From Winogradskyella sp. 3972H.M.0a.05 (GTDB lineage: Bacteria; Bacteroidota; Bacteroidia; Flavobacteriales; Flavobacteriaceae), in contig NZ_JANFDA010000003.1 in the NCBI RefSeq assembly GCF_040493455.1, positions 347,592 through 371,591 on the forward strand: a DNA stretch of 24,000 nucleotides. Reading direction: 5' to 3'. The translations under genes were made by a program, and so were the position numbers. Below are positions 15,933 to 23,127 of the stretch, piece by piece (position 1 is the first letter of the stretch; every line of letters starts with the position of its first letter). A model generated the notes under the pieces. That model saw only the letters and a program-made list of their open reading frames with translations. It searched no databases and was not told the DNA's origin.

Positions 15933-16471
15933 AATAAACCCGCTTTAAATTTTAGTTTTAGAGGTTTTAAACACCCTGGTAAATCCATAGCTCGTCTCCA
16001 AACGGTTAGCTGCGAAATGTGATTGGTTTCGTGCCAGGCAGCCATAAAGTGGATGACTTCAAGTTTGGTAGGAAAAACGGTATCAAAAGACCAGTTCATC
16101 TTTTCCTGAAGAAACTCTTCACTACGATCGTTGAGCAAATCGATTTGTCTTTTGTGGCTTTCCAGATACTTTTTTAATAGCGCTTCTTTGGTAGGGTATA
16201 GGGTTTCGTCTGCTTGTGGAGTTCTAGGATCTCCAGGACCTGTTCTTCTAAAAACCTTAATCCACGCTTCTGGAGTTGTATTCTTATCACCTAATATTTC
16301 GCATGACATTTCTGAAGCATCATAAAGATGTCCAATAGTCCATGCTGGATGATTTTCTATGCCTTTAGATGGAATGATTGACATTTGACTATCTGGAACA
16401 TCTTCGACCAATAATTTTAGGTGTTCTTCATTTAAGCGTAAAGACTTTTTTATTAATTCTATTGGATTCAT
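15929..16471 (-). CDS. DinB-superfamily protein
   Basis: A four-helix-bundle pattern carries His residues (HPAWTIGHL ... AAWHETNHISQL) typical of DinB_2-like metal-binding proteins. Confidence 0.6.
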   Translation of the reverse strand: MNPIELIKKSLRLNEEHLKLLVEDVPDSQMSIIPSKGIENHPAWTIGHLYDASEMSCEILGDKNTTPEAWIKVFRRTGPGDPRTPQADETLYPTKEALLKKYLESHKRQIDLLNDRSEEFLQEKMNWSFDTVFPTKLEVIHFMAAWHETNHISQLTVWRRAMDLPGCLKPLKLKFKAGLL

Positions 16472-16496
16472 AAGATCTTAGCTGCAAATTGAGTAG

Positions 16497-17000
16497 TTAC
16501 TTATTTTCAAAATAAAAGTCTGTCCACATAGACCTCCAGATTTTCCAGGAATCATCTGATTGTTTCTTGTAGATTGTAGTATTAATGCCTTTTTGAAGCA
16601 TTCCGAAACGGATAGTATCTTTTTGATAAGTCCAGTCGAGTATTGAGTTATGAGTAGAAATAGCCAAGGTATCTAATACTTTCAAACTAATGATTTCGGT
16701 TTGAAAATCGTGAACTGTGGTTACCGAACTATCCTTTGGAAACCAAAACTTTTGTATTTCAGATTTTCCTTCAACAGGACTTAAACCACTTGGTTGTATA
16801 CGTGCGTCTTCTTCTAGAAGATTTAGTATTTTATCTTCATCCATTTGCAACCATCCATCGACATAGTCTTTATGAACTTGTATTATGGCTTGCTCTTCTT
16901 TGTCAATTGACTCTTTTGATTGTTCTTTATTACAACCAACACACAAGCATAATATAAATAATGATAAAAAAATATTTGAGAAGATTCTATCTATTTTCAT
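16497..17000 (-). CDS. SnoaL-like / NTF2-fold (DUF4440-like) lipoprotein
   Basis: The signal peptide has the lipobox LCVGC. The mature part (IIQVHKDYVDGWLQMDEDKILNLLEEDARIQPSGLSPVEGKSEIQKFW) fits the NTF2-like cone fold pattern. Confidence 0.6.
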   Translation of the reverse strand: MKIDRIFSNIFLSLFILCLCVGCNKEQSKESIDKEEQAIIQVHKDYVDGWLQMDEDKILNLLEEDARIQPSGLSPVEGKSEIQKFWFPKDSSVTTVHDFQTEIISLKVLDTLAISTHNSILDWTYQKDTIRFGMLQKGINTTIYKKQSDDSWKIWRSMWTDFYFENK

Positions 17001-17110
17001 GTTTATTAATATGAGTTTAAGTATTTGAATACCATTTAAGCGTATGCTCTAATATAGTAAATATGTAGAAGTATTCATTAGAGGGTTTTTAGAGGATTAA
17101 ATAACAAAAA

Positions 17111-17138
17111 AAAGCCTCCCAGTAATCTGAAAGGCTTT
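17111..17138 (-). terminator. hairpin-element copy 4, terminator of the 17166-18764 peptidase gene
   Basis: The plus strand reads AAAGCCTCCCAG-TAAT-CTGAAAGGCTTT. On the minus-strand RNA the two plus-strand C-A mismatches become G-U pairs, and the stem is followed by a T-rich tract (TTTTTGTTATTT). It lies 28 nt past the stop codon. Confidence 0.7.
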
Positions 17139-17165
17139 ATAGTTTTTTATAGAAAAAAAGCTGTT

Positions 17166-18764
17166 TTATTCGCTAGCTTCAGCTTTATCCACTACGATAC
17201 GTTCATCACGGTTGGCTAATTCCCAAGCAGTATGAAATACTAATCGCGCTCTATTCTCAAGCAAATCATATTCGATTTTATCTGGAGTATCGGTTATTTT
17301 GTGATAATCATCATGGGTACCATTGAAATAGAAGATTACTGGGATATTATTCTTTGCAAAGTTGTAATGATCTGATCTGTAATAGAAACGATTTGGATCA
17401 TTTTCGTCATTGTACTTGTAGTCCAACTCTACATTGCAATATTTTAAGTTTACGTCTTCTGAGATGTTATGTAACTCTGTACTTAGCTTGTCACTACCAA
17501 TGAGGTAAACATAGTTCCTATCTCCAGTTTTGCGTTTGGGATCAACACGACCGATCATATCTATATTTAGATTGGCAACCGTGTTTTCTAATGGGAAAAT
17601 CGGATCCATATCTGTGTAATATTTTGAGCCTAACAAGCCTTTTTCTTCACCAGTGACATGTAAAAACAAGATTGAACGTTTTGGACCGTGACCATTTTTT
17701 TGAGCTTCTTTAAAGGCTTCAGCAATTTCTACAACCGCAACTGTACCAGAGCCATCGTCATCTGCACCATTGAAAACTTCTTTATTTTCATCTACACCGA
17801 CGTGATCTAAATGTGCAGATATCACGACAATTTCATCAGGCTTTTCTGAGCCCTCAATGAATGCTACTACATTTTCTGAAGTGAAATCTTTAGATGAATT
17901 TTCAATATCAATAGTTAAGTTTGCTGTAATTGATTTTGGAGTATGGTCATTAACGATTTTATCATAAATTACTTTAGCAAATACACTATCTACTAAAAAG
18001 AAAGGTGCATTTTTTCCATTGTCTTTTAATGACATTCTCCCGCCTTGTGAAGCATAGGAGGTCGAAGAATTATATATTGTTGAATAATAAGTAGCATACC
18101 TTGGAAAGATAGCTTCATCCATAAGTAGTATAGCTCTAGCACCTTTATCTCTCGCCAAGTTACGTTTAGAGAACATAGATTGTCTACCACCAGACCATTT
18201 TGTTGGCTCGGCTGTACCAGTAGTAACGTAAGTTCCGTCTTCGTTCTTTGCTTCTCCAGCTTTGATTAGAACGACTTTATCTTTTACATCGAGGTCTTTA
18301 TAATCTGAATAGCCTTCAGACTCAACACCGTATCCAGCATAGACAACATCGCTAGCTGTTATAGTTTGTGTAGTGCCGCCCAAAAGGCAAAATTGGTGAT
18401 CGAAAGGAGCGAAGTTTCTATCATTAATGGTTATTGTTGTTTTTGCGACTTGTCGTTTCTGCAAAGGCACTTCTTGGAAATAATCGTCACCCTTCAAAGG
18501 ACTAGGAATTTCCATGGATTGATACTGTGCTTTTAGATATTCTACGGCTTTCTTTTGACCTGGCTCACCAGTCTCTCGACCTTCAAACTCATCAGAAGCA
18601 TAGACATAAAGCATGTCTTTTATTTCATCTGCAGTAATGGTTTCGGCATAGACCACAGGATCCGCAGGAGCATTATTTTTTTCTTTAGAGACTTTGTTAT
18701 GTGCTGATGGACCACAACCTGTAATTAGTAAACCAGCAGCTAGAAGTGCAAAAATTGATTTCAT
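17166..18764 (-). CDS. M28 family aminopeptidase lipoprotein with an inserted PA (protease-associated) domain
   Basis: The lipobox is LLITGC. The M28 zinc-ligand blocks are ISAHLDHVG, NGADDDGSGT, HVTGEEKGLLGS, NIDMIG and RSDHYNF. An extra segment of about 190 aa (VVYAGYG...KDKVVLIKAGE) sits where PA domains occur. Confidence 0.85.
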   Translation of the reverse strand: MKSIFALLAAGLLITGCGPSAHNKVSKEKNNAPADPVVYAETITADEIKDMLYVYASDEFEGRETGEPGQKKAVEYLKAQYQSMEIPSPLKGDDYFQEVPLQKRQVAKTTITINDRNFAPFDHQFCLLGGTTQTITASDVVYAGYGVESEGYSDYKDLDVKDKVVLIKAGEAKNEDGTYVTTGTAEPTKWSGGRQSMFSKRNLARDKGARAILLMDEAIFPRYATYYSTIYNSSTSYASQGGRMSLKDNGKNAPFFLVDSVFAKVIYDKIVNDHTPKSITANLTIDIENSSKDFTSENVVAFIEGSEKPDEIVVISAHLDHVGVDENKEVFNGADDDGSGTVAVVEIAEAFKEAQKNGHGPKRSILFLHVTGEEKGLLGSKYYTDMDPIFPLENTVANLNIDMIGRVDPKRKTGDRNYVYLIGSDKLSTELHNISEDVNLKYCNVELDYKYNDENDPNRFYYRSDHYNFAKNNIPVIFYFNGTHDDYHKITDTPDKIEYDLLENRARLVFHTAWELANRDERIVVDKAEASE

Positions 18765-18793
18765 TTTTAATTAGTCTTTTTTATGGATAAGCA

Positions 18794-18801
18794 CAAATTT
18801 A
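18794..18801 (-). promoter_or_regulatory. candidate -7 box TAAATTTG (minus strand) for the 17166-18764 gene, overlapped by an inverted repeat
   Basis: The plus-strand caaattta is TAAATTTG on the minus strand, 30 nt upstream of the ATG at 18764. The inverted repeat TTAACCT-N7-AGGTTAA spans 18799-18819. Confidence 0.45.
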
Positions 18802-18850
18802 ACCTTTGTATGAGGTTAATGGCTTATGGTTTAACACTATTTTAAAAAAA

Positions 18851-19882
18851 TTAGAGTTTTTCTGGTGAAAGGCGCAATTCTGAATTTGCTAAATACCATG
18901 CCGTTGTAAAGATTAGCTTAGTACGTTTTGCCAGTAAATCATAGTTAATCTTATCTGGTGTGTCAGTAGGTTTGGAGTAATCTTCGTGTTCTCCGTTGAA
19001 ATAAAATATAACAGGGACGCCTTGTAGTGCAAAATTGTAATGATCAGACCTGTAGTAATAGCGGTTGAGATCGTCGTCTGCGCTGTAGGTATAATCTAAC
19101 TCCAAATTTGTGAATAACTCATTTGCTTTTTCAGAGACATAATGAAGCTCAGTACTAATACGATCGGCTCCAATGATGTATATGTATTCATCATCGTTTT
19201 CGTGCCTTCTATCGGTTCTTCCAATCATATCTAAGTTTAAGGCCGCTACTGTATTTACTAAGGGGAATACTGGGTTTTCTGTGTAATATCTAGAGCCATA
19301 TAAACCGATTTCTTCTGCGGTCATATGCATGAAGGCTATACTTCGTTTGGGTCTAAATCCATTTTGCTCTGCGAGTTTAAAGGCTTGTGCCATTTCTAAA
19401 ATCGCTGATGTTCCTGAGCCATTATCATCTGCACCCAAGTAAATTTCACCATTAACAATTCCCTCATGGTCTGAATGTCCAGAAATGATCACAACTTCTT
19501 CAGGATAAACTTCACCCTCTATATAGGCGATCACATTTTGAGAATCGTTATAGCCTTCAGGGAAATACTCGGAGGGTACTGTCTGGTAGTATTCGTTGTC
19601 TGAAATTGGCGACCCAATATTGTGCTGTTGGTAGAAGTTGCGTAGGTAATTACATGCTTTGTTATGGCCTTCTTCACCTGTTTTTCTACCTGTAAATTCT
19701 TCAGAAGCAAATTTTTGTATATGGAATTCTAGCTCGTCTACAGTAATAGTATTCGCATATTTTTCTATAGTATCTTGCTGCTCAAAAACAATACTTTGTT
19801 TTAAGTTCTTTACTTTTTCACTATATCTTAGTTCTGTACACGAACCAACTAAAAATAAGGCAGAAAGGAAATAAAATTTCAT
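18851..19882 (-). CDS. M28 family peptidase lipoprotein (short paralog without a PA domain)
   Basis: The lipobox is LVGSC. The same ligand blocks are present (ISGHSDHEG, GADDNGSGT, HMTAEEIGLYGS, NLDMIG, RSDHYNF). The protein is colinear with the C-terminal 250 aa of the neighbouring gene product. Confidence 0.85.
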   Translation of the reverse strand: MKFYFLSALFLVGSCTELRYSEKVKNLKQSIVFEQQDTIEKYANTITVDELEFHIQKFASEEFTGRKTGEEGHNKACNYLRNFYQQHNIGSPISDNEYYQTVPSEYFPEGYNDSQNVIAYIEGEVYPEEVVIISGHSDHEGIVNGEIYLGADDNGSGTSAILEMAQAFKLAEQNGFRPKRSIAFMHMTAEEIGLYGSRYYTENPVFPLVNTVAALNLDMIGRTDRRHENDDEYIYIIGADRISTELHYVSEKANELFTNLELDYTYSADDDLNRYYYRSDHYNFALQGVPVIFYFNGEHEDYSKPTDTPDKINYDLLAKRTKLIFTTAWYLANSELRLSPEKL

Positions 19883-19915
19883 GGATTAATAGACAATTTC
19901 TAGCGTTCAAAGAAC

Positions 19916-19948
19916 GTAAAAAAAAAGGTAACTCGGAAGAATTACCTT
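19916..19948 (-). terminator. intrinsic terminator after the 19975-20301 gene
   Basis: On the minus strand, AAGGTAA-N10-TTACCTT is followed by a run of 7 T beyond the stem. It lies 27 nt past the stop codon. Confidence 0.6.
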
Positions 19949-19974
19949 ACTTTATTGTCCTGAAAATCATATTG

Positions 19975-20301
19975 CTAGTCAATTTCGAGATCATTGAGCT
20001 CTTCAATGGCTTCTTCTTCAGATTTTTTCTCTAATTCTTCAATTTCTTGAGTGTCTCCAAGTTCAGTCTTTTCGAATATGGCTTTGTATGTTGTTACTGT
20101 AAGTGAAATAATAGTCAATAGAAATATATACTGAATAACTTTCTTAGAGGCATTTTGCTTTTTAGAAAGATAGATCAAAACAAAACCAATAAGTAGTGCC
20201 AATACTGCTGGTCCTGCAGAAACCTTGTATAAAGGCGTTACAGATAGTACCACTGCTAATATTGAAACAATAAACCCTAGAACGATTAAAAACTTTCTCA
20301 T
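19975..20301 (-). CDS. small membrane protein (108 aa)
   Basis: It has three hydrophobic helices and an acidic C-terminal tail (EIEELEKKSEEEAIEELNDLEID). It begins 3 nt after the upstream gene ends. I recognise no family. Confidence 0.5.
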   Translation of the reverse strand: MRKFLIVLGFIVSILAVVLSVTPLYKVSAGPAVLALLIGFVLIYLSKKQNASKKVIQYIFLLTIISLTVTTYKAIFEKTELGDTQEIEELEKKSEEEAIEELNDLEID

Positions 20302-20304
20302 CTC

Positions 20305-21084
20305 TTAGTATTTTAGTCCTGTTGCTGATTTAATTTTTAATTCTCCACTTCCTACAGGAATCTTGAATTTTGCATATACTGGGACTTTATTTTCGTCTGC
20401 TGTAAGCCATAATAAATTGGCGTTGCTACCTTTAAGAACGTCATTATTACTTATAGATAAGGCTAGTTTGTAGCATTCCTTTCTACCAAGATTGGTATTG
20501 ATGGTTTCCTTATTAATATACTTTATCACCACATTGTGTTCCTTATTGTCAAAAATAACCTTAAACGATTGGCTGTCACCAGGATTGGCTTTGTGGATAT
20601 CCAAATTTCTTATATGATATAACGTTGAGACCAAGTCTTTTGTTGAAGCTCCAATACTGAGATTCTTTTTCTCTTCCCAAAATTTGCCATCCTTTCTCCT
20701 TTTCTTTTTTAGACTTTGAACGGTTTTGGTTTTATGGTTGAATTTGTATTGCATAAACTTATAGTAGCCGCCTTCATTAATATCTCTTTTGTATAGGTAA
20801 GGGGTTAACGTGGTAGGGCTTACGTAGCTTTCGTACAAATCTCTAATCTTGAAAAACCCATCAAAACTCTTATAGGTAGTCGCTTTGCATTTTAGCCGTA
20901 ATAGCGTGGACTTAGCGGTTTTTACCTCACTGGTTTGCATCGTGACTTCCGCTATATCTGTTAATAGACCAGACATGTTGTATGAAGCTGTAAAAACTAA
21001 GTTTTCTCCTGCGGCTATCGTTTTATTTTGCTGGGCATACAACGATGTTGTAAGTGCTAGTAAGACTATAAGGATAGGTTTCAT
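20305..21084 (-). CDS. DUF3108-like secreted protein
   Basis: The signal peptide MKPILIVLLALTTSLYAQ starts at the internal ATG 21084, which I prefer to the listed 21141. A beta-rich sequence beginning AGENLVFTASYNMSGLLTDIAEVTM fits my memory of DUF3108. Confidence 0.6.
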   Translation of the reverse strand: MKPILIVLLALTTSLYAQQNKTIAAGENLVFTASYNMSGLLTDIAEVTMQTSEVKTAKSTLLRLKCKATTYKSFDGFFKIRDLYESYVSPTTLTPYLYKRDINEGGYYKFMQYKFNHKTKTVQSLKKKRRKDGKFWEEKKNLSIGASTKDLVSTLYHIRNLDIHKANPGDSQSFKVIFDNKEHNVVIKYINKETINTNLGRKECYKLALSISNNDVLKGSNANLLWLTADENKVPVYAKFKIPVGSGELKIKSATGLKY

Positions 21085-21260
21085 TAGTGTTTGTTTAAAT
21101 GATTGGGTACGCCTTATGGCATATAACGCATTAACAAGCATATATTGTGCCGAAAATACAATGTAAAAGATTTTAAAGCTAATTTTTTGTAATACAATTA
21201 AGTTTTTTTGAAGGCCTTAAAAAAAGTGATATTTCCTTTGGCGACATTAAAAAAGCATTT

Positions 21261-21268
21261 TATATTTG
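21261..21268 (+). promoter_or_regulatory. -7 box TATATTTG for tRNA-Ser, with TTTG at 21237-21240 as a candidate -33 element
   Basis: The box is an exact TAnnTTTG match 10 nt upstream of the tRNA, and a TTTG lies 20 nt upstream of it. Confidence 0.5.
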
Positions 21269-21278
21269 CATCCGCTTA

Positions 21279-21363
21279 GGAGGAATGGCAGAGTGGTCGA
21301 ATGCGGCAGTCTTGAAAACTGTTGAGGGTCACACCTCCGGGGGTTCGAATCCCTCTTCCTCCG
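21279..21363 (+). tRNA. tRNA-Ser (anticodon TGA), class II with a long variable arm
   Basis: The acceptor is GGAGGAA/TTCCTCC with discriminator G. The anticodon loop CTTGAAA gives TGA. There is a long variable arm and the T arm is GGGGG-TTCGAAT-CCCTC. Confidence 0.9.
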
Positions 21364-21400
21364 CGAAAAGAGCTTCTATTTTAGAAGCTCTTTTTTATTT
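21364..21400. terminator. bidirectional intrinsic terminator between tRNA-Ser and the convergent 21424-21927 gene
   Basis: AAAAGAGCTTCTA-TTT-TAGAAGCTCTTTT forms a 13-bp perfect stem. T runs follow the stem on both strands. Confidence 0.7.
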
Positions 21401-21423
21401 ATGCTATTTGTACCTGTTATACA

Positions 21424-21927
21424 CTACTGATTAGATAATCTAACTTTTTCCATATTAATAGAATACGCTTGAATGAGCTTAGAAAAAAAGCCAGAACTAA
21501 TGTTGCTAAAATAGTATTCATTAGATTTCCTATCCATTATGTAATAGCTAGAAGTCGGGAGGTGTCTTGTCTCAATTTCGCCTGTTAAGTTACTATAACT
21601 AGTACTTCTCATGCTACCTGCATTGTAGTCAAATAAGTATCTGTATTTATCTCTATCATCATACTTATGGGAATAAACATCAGATTGTAATACAAATTCA
21701 TACTTTCCTTTGTAATTCTTTTTTATATGCTTTCTCATGTAATTATCTCGACTATTTCTCCCTTTAAGAACACAGATGAGAACAGTATCATCTTTTCCAA
21801 AATCGGCAGGAATAGCCCCATTTTCGACAGTCATTTTTTTAGATGCACTACCTTTTACAATTGCTCCGCAAGAATTTAATAAAAATGGGATTGTTACAGT
21901 TAAAATAATGAGTTTGATATGTTTCAT
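21424..21927 (-). CDS. hypothetical lipoprotein (167 aa)
   Basis: The signal peptide carries the lipobox FLLNSC. I recognise no family for the mature part. Confidence 0.55.
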   Translation of the reverse strand: MKHIKLIILTVTIPFLLNSCGAIVKGSASKKMTVENGAIPADFGKDDTVLICVLKGRNSRDNYMRKHIKKNYKGKYEFVLQSDVYSHKYDDRDKYRYLFDYNAGSMRSTSYSNLTGEIETRHLPTSSYYIMDRKSNEYYFSNISSGFFSKLIQAYSINMEKVRLSNQ

Positions 21928-22027
21928 ACTTGTAATTTTTTGTCAAGCCGTAAAACTAAATAATATTTATACATAATTATATTGTTAACATTAATTCCTA
22001 ATTGAATAACGGTTGTCTTTATTAGCG

Positions 22028-22035
22028 TATTTTTG
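22028..22035 (+). promoter_or_regulatory. candidate -7 box TATTTTTG upstream of the nitroreductase gene
   Basis: The box matches TAnnTTTG and ends 14 nt upstream of the ATG at 22050. Confidence 0.4.
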
Positions 22036-22049
22036 CAAAAAATAAACGT

Positions 22050-22685
22050 ATGAATCTCATAGAAAGCTTACAGTGGCGCTATGCCACCAAAAAGTTTGAT
22101 AACAATAAAACACTCTCTAAGAATAAATTAGAACTAATAAAAGAAGCATTTAACCTTACAGCCACGTCGTATGGCTTACAGACCATAAAGCTTTTGGTTG
22201 TTGAAGATAAAGCCATCCGAGAGCAATTGGTTGAGCATTCTTATGGACAACATCAGGTAGTTGATGCATCACATTTATTAGTAATTTGTATTCAGGATGA
22301 TATAGAAACAGAAGATGTTGATTCGCATTTCGATAATGTAAAATCTGTGCGTTCTACTCCAGAGCATATCCTTAAGCCATTTAGAGAAAACCTAAAAGAC
22401 ATGGTCGCCAATATGTCCTTAGAAGAGCAGCAAGAATGGTCTATAAAACAAGCCTATATAGCACTTGGTAATCTAATGACGGTCTGCGCTATAGAGCGTA
22501 TAGACAGTTGCCCAATGGAAGGCTTTTTACCAACCGAGTTTGACAAAGTGCTTAACCTTAAGAAGCTAGGTTTAAAGTCAGTATTATTGCTTCCAGTAGG
22601 CTACAGGGCAGAAGACGATATGTTCGCATCCTTTAAGAAGGTGAGAAAGTCAATTGCGGATACTGTGATAGATTTCTCGGTTTAA
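22050..22685 (+). CDS. NAD(P)H nitroreductase family protein
   Basis: It has the N-terminal LQWRYATKKFD motif (the R-x-x-x-K/R-x-F type) and the later SCPMEGF and LLLPVGY blocks. The length of 211 aa is typical of the family. Confidence 0.8.
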   Translation: MNLIESLQWRYATKKFDNNKTLSKNKLELIKEAFNLTATSYGLQTIKLLVVEDKAIREQLVEHSYGQHQVVDASHLLVICIQDDIETEDVDSHFDNVKSVRSTPEHILKPFRENLKDMVANMSLEEQQEWSIKQAYIALGNLMTVCAIERIDSCPMEGFLPTEFDKVLNLKKLGLKSVLLLPVGYRAEDDMFASFKKVRKSIADTVIDFSV

Positions 22686-22689
22686 TCGT

Positions 22690-22697
22690 TATATTTG
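22690..22697 (+). promoter_or_regulatory. candidate -7 box TATATTTG upstream of the 22716 start
   Basis: It is an exact TAnnTTTG match located between the nitroreductase stop codon and the ATG at 22716. This supports the ATG over the listed TTG start at 22695. Confidence 0.4.
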
Positions 22698-22715
22698 TTT
22701 CAAACATTGATTACT

Positions 22716-23123
22716 ATGAAAAAGTTACTTGTTATTCTGTTTATTACTGTAAGCTATTTTGGCTTTTCCCAAGACAGTAATGCCTTTAAGTCTATAAAAG
22801 AGACTTCTATTGAAGCGACTAAAAGCAATAAATCGATACTCTTAGTATTCACGGAATCTGCTAAGGATTACAAATACATAGCAGATAAATTAAGTGGACT
22901 TAGCGCAACATTTGTAATGCATCATGTTGATAGAGCTGAGAATAATGGCTTAACACAAGAGCAAAACATGCTTAATCAGCGTTTGGTAACGCATTACAAC
23001 AAGACCAACACATATCCTTCAGTGTATGTTCTTGATAAGCATGCTTCACGTACGGGAGAATCTTTATTGAATCTTTCTGAAGCTGAAATAACTAAATTTT
23101 CAGAATCCCTTAAAGCTCATTAA
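22716..23123 (+). CDS. secreted thioredoxin-fold-like protein lacking a CxxC motif
   Basis: The signal peptide is MKKLLVILFITVSYFGFSQ. The pattern KSNKSILLVFTESAKDYKYIADKL ... FVMHHVD ... YPSVYVLD resembles thioredoxin_7/DUF255-type proteins. The position where WCxxC usually sits reads SAKDY. Confidence 0.4.
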   Translation: MKKLLVILFITVSYFGFSQDSNAFKSIKETSIEATKSNKSILLVFTESAKDYKYIADKLSGLSATFVMHHVDRAENNGLTQEQNMLNQRLVTHYNKTNTYPSVYVLDKHASRTGESLLNLSEAEITKFSESLKAH

Positions 23124-23127
23124 TTAA

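Noticed and set aside
8395-17138. The four hairpin repeats, considered as a CRISPR array or integron attC sites
   Set aside because: The spacing of 1.7-3.6 kb with whole genes between copies rules out CRISPR. The perfect 11-12 bp stems with 4-nt loops and T-rich tails look like intrinsic terminators, not the bulged imperfect attC structure. No intI-like gene is in the window.
1479-21976. Remaining short listed ORFs nested antisense or out of frame inside larger genes: 1479-1667, 2865-3068, 3174-3398, 4708-4890, 5731-5922, 6816-7052, 7237-7521, 8584-8850, 9631-9834, 10432-10638, 12194-12400, 12658-12891, 13610-13855, 16131-16325, 16736-16957, 19659-19874, 20885-21166 and 21776-21976
   Set aside because: Each overlaps a longer ORF with better family or signal-peptide evidence. 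AT-rich genomes produce many such chance ORFs, and none showed a motif I recognise.
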